Shown here: piece by piece, positions 10,241 through 20,265 of the stretch
Numbering within the stretch: the first letter of the stretch is position 1
How the letters are laid out: the number at the start of each line of letters is the position of its first letter
NCBI RefSeq assembly: GCF_047249845.1
Contig: NZ_JBKTWO010000005.1
Span: 15,397-79,396, forward strand
Direction: 5' to 3'
DNA length: 64,000 bases
Source of the DNA: Thomasclavelia sp.
GTDB lineage: Bacteria > Bacillota_I > Bacilli_A > Erysipelotrichales > Coprobacillaceae
Position numbers and translations under genes: made by a program
Notes under the pieces: model-generated
What the model was told of the DNA's origin: nothing
The model's database searches: none
The model's input: only the letters and a program-made list of their open reading frames with translations

Positions 10241-11374
10241 TTAATCTTTATTATAACTTTCAATAAATTCTATATATCTTACTTTAAACCTAGATGTTGT
10301 GAAATTTTCATAACTATTTAATGAATTAATAGATAATTGTTTTAATTGTTCTGTATTTGTGATCATCTCATTTATCTTCTCTTCAAATTCTTTATTATCT
10401 TTAACAATATAACCATCTACGCCATTATTAACAACTTCATTAGTTGAATCACCCCATGGTAAAACTATTGCTGGTACACCATAACGTTTTGCTTCTAAAA
10501 TACTAAGAGGTAAGCCTTCATTTATTGAAGCAGAAACAATTGCTGAATAATTATTATAAACTGTCTTATCAGTAGTAAAACCTTTTAAAGAAATAAAATT
10601 TTCTAACCTATTTTCTTCTATATATTTTTTAATATTCTTTTCTAATTCTCCAATTCCATAGATATCTAATTTTACATTTTTACCTTCTTTTTTTACAGAT
10701 TCAAATATTTTTATTAATCTTATTGGATCTTTATTTTTATCAAGCCGTCCCATAAAAATAAATTTTCCTATTCTATTTTCAACATTAACTTTTCTTATAA
10801 TTTTTTCACCAGCAAAATTATAAATATAATCTGTTTTATATTTATTACATTTTGCTTTTTTAGCATCTATTTTAGTTCTAAAAACAACTAAACTAGGGTC
10901 AGTCATTAATTTAACCTGTAGCTTAGAAGCAATGCTACCTTTCCAAAAATACTCATATTTAGTATGAATTTCTAAAATAAAACGATTATCTTTACTCATA
11001 TAAATTGCTGCAGCTGGAGAAGTAACGATAATTTTATCATTATCATAAAAATAATTTTTTAGCTTTATTCGACATATAGGTATAAATAAAAAAAACAAAA
11101 TGCCACTATAAATCGCCTTAAAAACTTTCTTTAGCTCCCTATTTTTTAAATACTTAACAATTCTAAAAAAACGATTATCTATATTATAATTGTTTAGTAT
11201 AATAATTTGATAATCAGAAAATTCCTTTTTATAACTTTCCTCACAATTATATATAGATACCAATTTAATATTATAATCTTTTTTCAGTTCTTGAAAAATA
11301 TTTCTATATACCCCTATCAATCCCCCGCTTTGTGGTGGGGGAATTTGATCAAAAACAAAGTAAAGACTCTTCAT
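10241..11374 (-). CDS. GT4 (GT-B) glycosyltransferase
   Basis: FMGRL..NKD and EGLPLSILEA (EX7E) motifs. Confidence 0.9.
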   Translation of the reverse strand: MKSLYFVFDQIPPPQSGGLIGVYRNIFQELKKDYNIKLVSIYNCEESYKKEFSDYQIIILNNYNIDNRFFRIVKYLKNRELKKVFKAIYSGILFFLFIPICRIKLKNYFYDNDKIIVTSPAAAIYMSKDNRFILEIHTKYEYFWKGSIASKLQVKLMTDPSLVVFRTKIDAKKAKCNKYKTDYIYNFAGEKIIRKVNVENRIGKFIFMGRLDKNKDPIRLIKIFESVKKEGKNVKLDIYGIGELEKNIKKYIEENRLENFISLKGFTTDKTVYNNYSAIVSASINEGLPLSILEAKRYGVPAIVLPWGDSTNEVVNNGVDGYIVKDNKEFEEKINEMITNTEQLKQLSINSLNSYENFTTSRFKVRYIEFIESYNKD

Positions 11375-12798
11375 TATAACCCTCCTTTATTTTTATTAGA
11401 TAAAATTTTTAACAATGAATCTTTTGTTACTACTAGTAATAAAAGATACACAAATATTGCACAAACGATTTGAATAACAGTAGTATATATATGTATTTCT
11501 AAAATTATTCCAATAAAATAACAAGGTATTACTGCTATAATTGCAAATAATAAATATTTAAAAGATATTTTCCATAACCCCTTTAAGTTAATAACTTTAG
11601 CCATAAAATAATACTGTATAATAGTGACACTAAACTCAGCAAGTATCGTACCTAAAACTGCACCATATACACCCCAAACTGGTATTGTAATATAATTTAT
11701 GATTACATTTAAAATTGCAGAAATCACACTTGATAATGTTAAATATTTAGTATTTTTTGTTGGTATAAGATATTGAGCACTAGAAATACTTGATAAGCCT
11801 CTAGCAATTATCACTGGTGATAAAGCAATAATTATTGGTGCCACCTCATCATATCCTTTTCCATAAAACCAAGGTACAAAGCCATATGAAATAGCAATTA
11901 TACCTAAAGTCATTGGCATAATTAATAAAATAGTATATTTAGCAGTCATCCTTATACTTTCATTTAAAGCGTTACTATCATTATTTACAAACAAATTAGA
12001 ACTTCTAGGTAACATTACTGAAGAAACGGCAGATATTGCTGTTACTGGTATTTTTACAATTTTATCTGCCTGATCATAAAATGCTATTAAAGCAGAATCA
12101 TGAGTAAAATATTCCAACATAACTTTATCCATTTGATAATAAATAAGAATAACAATTTGTGGTAAAGCAATTTTTACTGTTGCTTTTAAATGTCTAAATA
12201 CATGCAGCTCTTTTAAATTAATGCCAGAAACTAATTTTGAAATACTTGGATAACATATAAGAACTCCAAATACTTGGCATCCCCCCATTATAAGGATATA
12301 TTTCCAAATATCATTAGGATTTTTAATAAATAAAAATATTAATATAACACATACTGTTTTTACCAAACTAGTTCTTAATACAACGGTTTTAAAATCTTCT
12401 ATTCCATTATAAAACCAAATAATCTCACCAAATGATCCTACAAACCAAATCAATTGATAAAAAGAATAAACCTCGTATTTTGTTCCATTCATAAACCAAT
12501 AATATAGTATAAACGTAAAAATTAATAGTATTACCCTTAAGATCAGCAATTCATAAAAAATATTTGATCTTTCTTTTTTATTATTCTTAACATATGCTAT
12601 TTCTCGTATTCCATAATTAGTAAGCCCCAAAGCTCCAACCACTGCAAATATTTGACTAACAGAATCAATATAACTATAAACTCCCAAATTTTGTGGTCCT
12701 AATACTCTTGAAATATATGGGGATGTTATTAACGGAACAATTATGGCTAATAACTGAGATGCACAATTATAAAATATATTTGATATTGTTTTCTTCAT
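11374..12798 (-). CDS. wzx: Wzx-type oligosaccharide flippase
   Basis: PLITSPYISRVLG, YGIREIA, DKVML and VMLPR motifs; about 14 TM segments. Confidence 0.9.
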   Translation of the reverse strand: MKKTISNIFYNCASQLLAIIVPLITSPYISRVLGPQNLGVYSYIDSVSQIFAVVGALGLTNYGIREIAYVKNNKKERSNIFYELLILRVILLIFTFILYYWFMNGTKYEVYSFYQLIWFVGSFGEIIWFYNGIEDFKTVVLRTSLVKTVCVILIFLFIKNPNDIWKYILIMGGCQVFGVLICYPSISKLVSGINLKELHVFRHLKATVKIALPQIVILIYYQMDKVMLEYFTHDSALIAFYDQADKIVKIPVTAISAVSSVMLPRSSNLFVNNDSNALNESIRMTAKYTILLIMPMTLGIIAISYGFVPWFYGKGYDEVAPIIIALSPVIIARGLSSISSAQYLIPTKNTKYLTLSSVISAILNVIINYITIPVWGVYGAVLGTILAEFSVTIIQYYFMAKVINLKGLWKISFKYLLFAIIAVIPCYFIGIILEIHIYTTVIQIVCAIFVYLLLLVVTKDSLLKILSNKNKGGL

Positions 12799-12799
12799 T

Positions 12800-13795
12800 T
12801 TATTTATCCCTATTAGACAATGCTATTGCTTTAATAAAATCTTTAATTAATGGTTTATTAGTATTCCTGTTATTTATCTGATCGTGATGAATTGCTCCTT
12901 TTAAAACAACTAAAAGATTCTTTATTATTCCTTGCTTTGAAAAATTTTTCCTTTTATCCCAGAATACAATTGATTCTTTTAGTGATAAATAGTATTCTGG
13001 ATTTAAATTTCTATTTTCCATATATTTATATAAATATCGTAACAACGGCAATCTTAATTCTGCATACTGATTTTCACGATTACCTTTAGTTTGTGATTTT
13101 GAAAATAATTGCTTTATCTTAGTTACTCCATATTTTTTACCTATTCCAATCGTATTGCTACTATGTTGACGATAATATATCAAAGGTTCTTCAATAGATA
13201 CCAATCCTCCATATAAAGCAGCTACTATCGCAAACCAATAATCATGTGCCCAGCCATTTTGTAAATCACCAACAAAATCTAATAATTCTCTTTTAATCGC
13301 TGATGTGGCTCCCGTAACATAATTATCATTTAAAAGTTTTTTAAAAGCATTTTCTTGATTTTTTAAAAATTCATTTTTAAACCCTAGACTGTTATACAAA
13401 TCACCTTTTATATTTAAATCTTCATCAGTCACATAAGCATTAGAAAATACAAGTAACGCATCTTGATTATTCATAAAAACTTTAATCATTTCTTTTGTTT
13501 TATTGGTTAGCCATATATCATCTTGATCACAAAAGAATATTATATCTCCTGTACATAAAGATATAGCCTGATAAAAATTTCTCGCAAATCCCATATTTAC
13601 TTCATTACAAACTATTTTATATGATAAATTACTTTTTTCTAATATAGATTGGCAAATTTTGATTGTGCTGTCTGTCGAACAATCATCACAAATAATTATT
13701 TCATCAACTCCTAATTCCTGCTCTAAAATACTATTAAGTTGTTGTGTAATATATCTCTCTCCTCTATATGTACACATTGCCACTGATATCTTCAT
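12800..13795 (-). CDS. GT2 glycosyltransferase (RgpB-like), paralogue of 9257..10228
   Basis: ISVAMCTY, CDDCSTD, FCDQDDIW, HDYW and YRQH motifs. Confidence 0.9.
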   Translation of the reverse strand: MKISVAMCTYRGERYITQQLNSILEQELGVDEIIICDDCSTDSTIKICQSILEKSNLSYKIVCNEVNMGFARNFYQAISLCTGDIIFFCDQDDIWLTNKTKEMIKVFMNNQDALLVFSNAYVTDEDLNIKGDLYNSLGFKNEFLKNQENAFKKLLNDNYVTGATSAIKRELLDFVGDLQNGWAHDYWFAIVAALYGGLVSIEEPLIYYRQHSSNTIGIGKKYGVTKIKQLFSKSQTKGNRENQYAELRLPLLRYLYKYMENRNLNPEYYLSLKESIVFWDKRKNFSKQGIIKNLLVVLKGAIHHDQINNRNTNKPLIKDFIKAIALSNRDK

Positions 13796-14145
13796 TAAAG
13801 TTCCTCTTTATCTTTAAGTTTTTTTTCTAATATCGCTGTATATTGAATCAAATTTTTTAACTTTTCTTCTAACATTGATACTCTTAAAAATAATGTAAAT
13901 ACTACAATAATAAGTAAGAAAATTATAAAAGCAAAAATCATATTAGCTGTAGATATAACCCCTATAAAGTTTGCTGCTACATATGCAATTTCAGGAAATA
14001 TAGCAATTACTATTAACAAAAGTGAACAAATAATCCAAATTATTGCATAATCAGATCTTAGCTTTCCTTTTTTTACATTTTTAATCAATATTAGAAATAA
14101 AAAAATAGATAATATGATTAAAATAACCTTTAAACTAAGTGACAT
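13795..14145 (-). CDS. DUF2304 membrane protein (GacJ/WpsB-like activator)
   Basis: 116 aa, three TM helices plus coiled-coil tail, AIFP motif; directly follows a polyprenol-phosphate GT2. Confidence 0.8.
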   Translation of the reverse strand: MSLSLKVILIILSIFLFLILIKNVKKGKLRSDYAIIWIICSLLLIVIAIFPEIAYVAANFIGVISTANMIFAFIIFLLIIVVFTLFLRVSMLEEKLKNLIQYTAILEKKLKDKEEL

Positions 14146-14154
14146 AAACTCCTC

Positions 14155-14826
14155 CTAATTAAAAAATATAATAGTAACTAATACTTTCATCATATATGAT
14201 ATTGAACTGCCAATACCTGTATAAATGCTTGTACCTGCTACTCTATCTTCCATTTTTACTTGTATTTCTTTAACTCTATAACCTTTTTTTATTTGATAAG
14301 CTAATGTATCCGGTTCTGGTTTTCTATTAACTTCATATGCATAATCCTTAATTAACTCCCTATTAATAATTCGCATTCCACTAGTTGGATCGTTTATTTT
14401 TTTACCAGTAGTTAACTTTATCATAAAAGTTATCAATCTACTTCCTAACATTCTTGCAGACATATGTTTTTTTTCATTTACAAATCTAGAACCAATTACA
14501 ATATCATAACCATTTTCTATTTCCGTAACCATTGCTTCTATATATTCAGGAAGATGTTGTCCATCTCCATCAAATTGAATTGCAGCATCATAGCCATTTT
14601 CATATGCATATTTATAACCAGTTTGTACTGCTCCTGTTAATCCTAGATTTACTGGCAAATCAATATGATTAATATTGTTTTCATCTAATATTAATGGTGT
14701 TTTATCCTTAGAACAATCATTAATAACTATATAATCACAATTAGTGTTCTCCTTTTCTAGTCTTTTTACTACTCTTAATATATTCTCTTCTTCATTATAA
14801 GCAGGAATTATTACAAGTACTTTCAT
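14155..14826 (-). CDS. Polyprenol-phosphate glycosyltransferase, GT2 (GacI/WpsA-like)
   Basis: IIPAYNEE, NLGLTGAVQTG, QFDGDGQH, VIGSRF and DPTSGMR DPM1-like motifs; paired with DUF2304. Confidence 0.85.
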   Translation of the reverse strand: MKVLVIIPAYNEEENILRVVKRLEKENTNCDYIVINDCSKDKTPLILDENNINHIDLPVNLGLTGAVQTGYKYAYENGYDAAIQFDGDGQHLPEYIEAMVTEIENGYDIVIGSRFVNEKKHMSARMLGSRLITFMIKLTTGKKINDPTSGMRIINRELIKDYAYEVNRKPEPDTLAYQIKKGYRVKEIQVKMEDRVAGTSIYTGIGSSISYMMKVLVTIIFFN

Positions 14827-14880
14827 CTTAATCTCCTTTATACAATATTTTCTTATAAAAATAAACTTAATTTTTATTAA

Positions 14881-15810
14881 TTAACTATTAATTGTAACCA
14901 TAAAAAAGCGATATATTTTTTTTAAATAGTCTTTAGAAGTAAATAATAATAATATTCCCTCTTTTATAAATTCTAAATATTTTTTGTGCTCAAAAGCTTT
15001 TAACACATTATTAAATCTATTATTTGCATTCAAATATCGCTTAGCCTTTTTTTGTGTATTGTGCATATTTGTAAACTTTCTTGCTTTATTTATATCACTT
15101 ATTTTACCTAATGAATATTGATTAGTTATATAATAAGCAAACAAATACTGCTCATATAAATTAGAACGTGATAAGCTTTGGGTTGTCATTCTATATTTTA
15201 GAACTGTTTTATTGATATTTGATATTTTATAGCCATTTAATATTGCTCTTAGAGTAAAATCATAATCTTCACATAAAGGTATCTCCCTATATCCTGATAG
15301 AGTATCAAAAACTATCTTTTTTCCAAACCATGTAGGATGAGAAATTACTTGATTATACCTTATACATTTTTTTATTTTTTCAAAATCACTAGGCACTTTT
15401 TTTATCGAATAAATTGCATTTCCATCTTCATCGATCATTTGTGATATACCACCAATTAAATCATAATTATTACTCTCCAAATACTCTTTTTGAATCTCTA
15501 TACGATTACTAATTGATATATCATCAGCATCCATTCTACAAATATATTTACCTTTTGCAAGTAAAATAGCCTTATTTAAAGTCTTAGTTAAACCTAAATT
15601 ATATTCATTAATATAAAATCTAATTCTGTGATCTTTTTTAGCATAATCTGAAATTAAATTTATATGAATATTATTATCAGGGTTATCTAATACAATTATA
15701 AATTCAAAATCATTAAAACTTTGATTTAAGATTGATTCAATAGATTGCCTTAAAAACAGTTCACTTTCTTTATATGTGGACATAATTACTGATACAAGAC
15801 ACATATCCAT
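14881..15810 (-). CDS. GT2 glycosyltransferase
   Basis: VSVIMSTY, RMDADDIS, HPT and EDYDF motifs. Confidence 0.9.
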   Translation of the reverse strand: MDMCLVSVIMSTYKESELFLRQSIESILNQSFNDFEFIIVLDNPDNNIHINLISDYAKKDHRIRFYINEYNLGLTKTLNKAILLAKGKYICRMDADDISISNRIEIQKEYLESNNYDLIGGISQMIDEDGNAIYSIKKVPSDFEKIKKCIRYNQVISHPTWFGKKIVFDTLSGYREIPLCEDYDFTLRAILNGYKISNINKTVLKYRMTTQSLSRSNLYEQYLFAYYITNQYSLGKISDINKARKFTNMHNTQKKAKRYLNANNRFNNVLKAFEHKKYLEFIKEGILLLFTSKDYLKKIYRFFMVTINS

Positions 15811-15900
15811 TGCTCCTTTCTACTTATTTTTTATACTTTCCAAGGTAATACTACTACAAATATAAATTAAATCAATAACTAATAAACTTTTATATTTTAA

Positions 15901-16543
15901 TTATAGTGATCCTTTTCCGTATACAACACTTCTATTTCCTTTATTATAATTATAAAACCTATCACATACCACTATAACTAATTAGTAAAAGCAAAATAAC
16001 GGGCCATATGTTCTTATTCTCATGGTAATTATGGTCCAGGTACTATATCTAATCCATTTATCCTTTTAATATATTTACAAATTCAAGTCATTTATCTTAA
16101 GATATTTTTCTAAAAAAATGACCAATAGAAGTAATTCTAAGATCATTTTTTTATTTTTTATTTAAAGGATACTCCTCTTTTGTCTTAGATACCTTTTTAT
16201 TAACCTCTCTAATTCAGCTTCAGTAATAGGAATATTAATCTAAACTTATATATTTTATTTTAACTTTCCATTCTTGATAATTTTTCTTGAAATCTTCACT
16301 TGTAACAAATTTATATTTCACAAGTAATACTAATAGCAATATGCTATGTAAAAATAGAAACTTGATTTAACAAGCTATTTAATTTCATTCTATATTAAAA
16401 CATGTACTTAATGAACAATGACTATTTATAAATATAAAATTCCTGAACTCAATATTAAATCTACATTTATATAAATATATGGTCATACAAAAAGATACAT
16501 CACAATTCATTATTTAATAACATAATTAGCATTATTTATTCAT
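15901..16543 (-). pseudogene. Decayed, internally deleted second copy of the priming sugar transferase at 24501..25865
   Basis: 3' end encodes the same SVVYGKGSL* (15901-15930); 16001-16276 and 16321-16557 align by eye with the 3' and 5' parts of the intact gene; frameshifts and stops throughout. Confidence 0.85.
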
Positions 16544-16664
16544 AAATACACCTCAACAATCTTAGGATAATTATACATTAATAACACTTTTAATACCATC
16601 ATTTTATTGTTATGGTCAAAAAATTACTATAACTTGTATTAATATTTTTAATTATAACAACTCA

Positions 16665-16703
16665 AAAAGGTGTAAAATGCTAGCTAGTACCATTTCACAC
16701 CTT
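16665..16703 (-). terminator. Intrinsic terminator after the ChW glucosaminidase
   Basis: aaaggtgt...acaccttt inverted repeat next to the stop codon. Confidence 0.55.
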
Positions 16704-16708
16704 TATTA

Positions 16709-19700
16709 CTATTTTTTTATAAAGCTATTAATCATATTTCCTGGTGCCTTTCCACCCTTTTCCACTAATTCTATCTTTATTGCCTCAATTCTTTTACTAA
16801 ATCCTTCTGATCCTGCTTTTTCTCCATTTCTAGCCCAGCCTAACCAGCCATTTTCTTCTATACACACTTGATAATATATATCATATTGTTTTGACATTTC
16901 ATCAGTTAATCTTATTTGAATGGCTTCTAATTGTTTTGCTCTTCCTACTGTTCCTGACAATTCCCCATTTGCTTTCCAATCACTTTCCCAGCCATAATCT
17001 TCTATATGTGATCTATACTCAACGCTTCCTTCATATCCAGGATTTTCTAATGTTATCTTTATTGCTTCTAACTGTTTTGCTTTTCCACTAGTTCCTGATA
17101 ACTCTCCATCATATACTTTTTTCTGCCAACCATAATCTTCCACATGCCCACTATATCCTATATAGTACTTTTGTGTATACGGTCTTTGCATTGATCCTGG
17201 TGCTTCTTCTCCCTTTTCTACTAATTTTATTTCCATTGCTTCAATTCTATATGCATACCCTGCTGTTCCTGCTTTCTCTCCATTTTTAGCCCAGTCAAGC
17301 CAGCCAAGATTCTCTACATGCACCCGATAGTATATGTCATACTGGATAGACATTTCACCAGTTAACCTTATTTGAATAGCCTCTAATTGTTTTGCTCTTC
17401 CACTAGTTCCTGATATTTGACCATTTGACTTCCAATCATTTTCCCAGCCATAATCTTCTATATGTGATCTATATTCAATATTTCCACTGTATTTCTGACT
17501 TTCTAATGTTATTTTTATTGCCTCAAGTTGTTTTGTCTTACCAGTTGTTCCAGACATTGCTCCATCATAAACTTTTGATTGCCAACCATAATCCTCTACA
17601 TGACTTGTATAACCTATATATCTTTGAATGTATGGTGTATTAGTATTACCTGGTGCACTTTCATTATTTTGAACAAGCTTTATCTCTATAGATTCTATTC
17701 TATATGAATAGCCTGATGTTCCAGCACTATCACCATTTTTAGCCCAGTCTAGCCAGCCTAATTTTTCTACATAAACCCGATAATAAACATTATATATATT
17801 AGCCATTTGACCAGTTAATTTTATCCTTATTGCCTCAATTCGTTTTGATAATCCTTCTGTACCTGATAAACCACCTTCATTAACCCAATTTTGCCAACCA
17901 TAATCTTGCACATGACTTTGGTATTGAATACTTCCATTATTGATCTCATTATTATCTAAAAATATTTTTATAGCTTCTATTTTCTTTCCATTTATCCCAC
18001 CAGATGTTTGTCCATTTGATTTAGAACTTTGCCAACCAATATCTTGAATATGTGTTGAATAAATAATATCTGGTTTATTTACAACAACTGAATTATCTTT
18101 TACCAATCGAAAATCAATTGCCTGAATATTCTTTCCACTTGTTCCAGCATTATTTTCTTGATCGACCCAAGGTTGCCAGCCAATATCTTCACTATGTACT
18201 CGATATTGTAATTTATAGCCAGATTGATTTTTTAGTGTAAAATTGACAAGTTGTAAAGCACTATTTGAATTTCCAATTATAGTAGAAGCTGTAATATTAT
18301 TATAATTTAACCATGAACCATTACTATAAACTCTTCCGGATAATACAGCAGATTTGACTGCATTTTTAAGATTAATTTTAATTTGATATAACTGCAAAGA
18401 ACGTCCTGTTGTTCCTGCCGTATTTGGTTCATTTACCTCATCTAACCAGCCAACATTTTGACTATTGGCTGAATAATATAAAGTTGGTTCATTTATATCT
18501 TTACCTGTAGGTTTCCCAGTAACATTTTCTGTATTTTGATCATTAGTACTACTTGTTGAATTATTTCCTTCACATACCACTGTTACACTTGATTTTGGAA
18601 TATAGCCATAATCTGTATCAAAATTATATTCTGATTGACTTGGGTTTTGAATTATTCCAGTTCGGTTACTATTAACAGCTCCATCCGATTGAATCTTGTA
18701 ATAATTATTTTTATCTCCATTTTTTAATACTATAAAAGCATAGTTTGAAGGTGCATAGGTGCTATATGTACTTTTAGAACTAATAGGATATGTTGAATAT
18801 AATGTATTAGAATTGCTATTAGCATCACTTTTTATATTAATAATTGAATGATTAGTATTTAAAGTATCTTTTATTGCAATAGTATATTTTGATGCATCTT
18901 TTGTACCTAAATAATTATCTATTCTCCAGCAAACAGCTGCAGCTTTTTCACCCCAGTATGGATCTGAAGCATATTTAACATTCATACCACTTGCTTTATC
19001 TCCTAAATTAGCGCCATAATAACGACTATCAGTAACAGGATCTAAATACCCTTTAGAAACAAAATTTGCTGCATGATAATAAATACTATATTCTACAGAA
19101 GAATACCCATTAGCACTCCCGTTAGGATCACTATCATATGCTGCATGACCAAACAAATTATTTTTTTGTGCAGCAATATTACTACATCCCCATGCACTTT
19201 CATTTGCAGCTACAGATAACATCAATAATGCATTTGTACCATATTTGTTTTGATTTGAAATAAAACTATCTCCTAAGTTTCTTAGTTTTGAAGTTCTTCC
19301 ATAACTTTTTTCAGATGTACCAACTAATGATGCTATAGCATCATTTAATTCTTTTGCTGTATATGTTGTAGTACTTCGATGTGATAAATATAAATAGTAA
19401 TTATAATATGGTGAAGAACTATTAATTGCATTTGTTCTTCTGTTATTTCGATAATCACTTAACATTCTAGCATAACTTGATGCATTACTTCCTTCATAAA
19501 AATAATGCCCATCATAACTATAATAATCATAACCCTCTTTTAAATATGATGGTGCCGCACCAGCCTCTAATGAAGAGCTATAATTACTGTTTGATAAATT
19601 AGTAGAAATCCCATGATATAACTTACCATTTTTCACATAATATTTACTTAAAGTATTAACTTTAGCATCAGTATAATTTAATACCTCTACTTTATTAATA

Positions 19701-20167
19701 TCAACCCATCCAACAACACCTGCCTGCATAAATTTAACTTTAGTAGGCTTTGATTCATTATCATAACCTAAAAAAGCTCCATCAGCTGCATAATATCCAT
19801 TTGTATATCCCTCTCTATTTGTTCCTTCTTCAGAATATGAAGTATTAGTAGTTGCAGAGCTATATATTCTAAAATTGACCACAGCTGTAGATGAATTAGT
19901 AATTCTTTCATTACTTCGATCTTGAATTTTTTTAACCTTATTATTTTCAGACATATTTTTCTCAACATCTTCTAATAAATATACATTACCCTCTTCATCC
20001 ATTGTTGTAACTTCTTCATCATCTTTTAAGAAATCTTCCGCAACAAACTTTTCATCTTTTGCCTCTTCTTGTGCAAATACTCCATTTAAAGGTGTACCGA
20101 TAGATAAACTCATAGCTAAAACAACAAACGAAATAAACATACTCTTTATTTTATTACTCATCTTCAA
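16709..20167 (-). CDS. Secreted GH73 glucosaminidase (autolysin) with C-terminal ChW repeats
   Basis: Signal peptide; AANESAWG, KNNLFG and YASDPYW GH73 motifs; about 12 repeats of H..xxGW...G..AGT.G....EAI.I.L. Confidence 0.88.
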   Translation of the reverse strand: MKMSNKIKSMFISFVVLAMSLSIGTPLNGVFAQEEAKDEKFVAEDFLKDDEEVTTMDEEGNVYLLEDVEKNMSENNKVKKIQDRSNERITNSSTAVVNFRIYSSATTNTSYSEEGTNREGYTNGYYAADGAFLGYDNESKPTKVKFMQAGVVGWVDINKVEVLNYTDAKVNTLSKYYVKNGKLYHGISTNLSNSNYSSSLEAGAAPSYLKEGYDYYSYDGHYFYEGSNASSYARMLSDYRNNRRTNAINSSSPYYNYYLYLSHRSTTTYTAKELNDAIASLVGTSEKSYGRTSKLRNLGDSFISNQNKYGTNALLMLSVAANESAWGCSNIAAQKNNLFGHAAYDSDPNGSANGYSSVEYSIYYHAANFVSKGYLDPVTDSRYYGANLGDKASGMNVKYASDPYWGEKAAAVCWRIDNYLGTKDASKYTIAIKDTLNTNHSIINIKSDANSNSNTLYSTYPISSKSTYSTYAPSNYAFIVLKNGDKNNYYKIQSDGAVNSNRTGIIQNPSQSEYNFDTDYGYIPKSSVTVVCEGNNSTSSTNDQNTENVTGKPTGKDINEPTLYYSANSQNVGWLDEVNEPNTAGTTGRSLQLYQIKINLKNAVKSAVLSGRVYSNGSWLNYNNITASTIIGNSNSALQLVNFTLKNQSGYKLQYRVHSEDIGWQPWVDQENNAGTSGKNIQAIDFRLVKDNSVVVNKPDIIYSTHIQDIGWQSSKSNGQTSGGINGKKIEAIKIFLDNNEINNGSIQYQSHVQDYGWQNWVNEGGLSGTEGLSKRIEAIRIKLTGQMANIYNVYYRVYVEKLGWLDWAKNGDSAGTSGYSYRIESIEIKLVQNNESAPGNTNTPYIQRYIGYTSHVEDYGWQSKVYDGAMSGTTGKTKQLEAIKITLESQKYSGNIEYRSHIEDYGWENDWKSNGQISGTSGRAKQLEAIQIRLTGEMSIQYDIYYRVHVENLGWLDWAKNGEKAGTAGYAYRIEAMEIKLVEKGEEAPGSMQRPYTQKYYIGYSGHVEDYGWQKKVYDGELSGTSGKAKQLEAIKITLENPGYEGSVEYRSHIEDYGWESDWKANGELSGTVGRAKQLEAIQIRLTDEMSKQYDIYYQVCIEENGWLGWARNGEKAGSEGFSKRIEAIKIELVEKGGKAPGNMINSFIKK

Positions 20168-20265
20168 CCTCCATATTTATAAATTCTATTCCTACAAAAT
20201 TATAACATAATATTGCTAAATTACTAGCAAAACTACAATTAAAAAAGAGCAGTCCTTACACTGCC

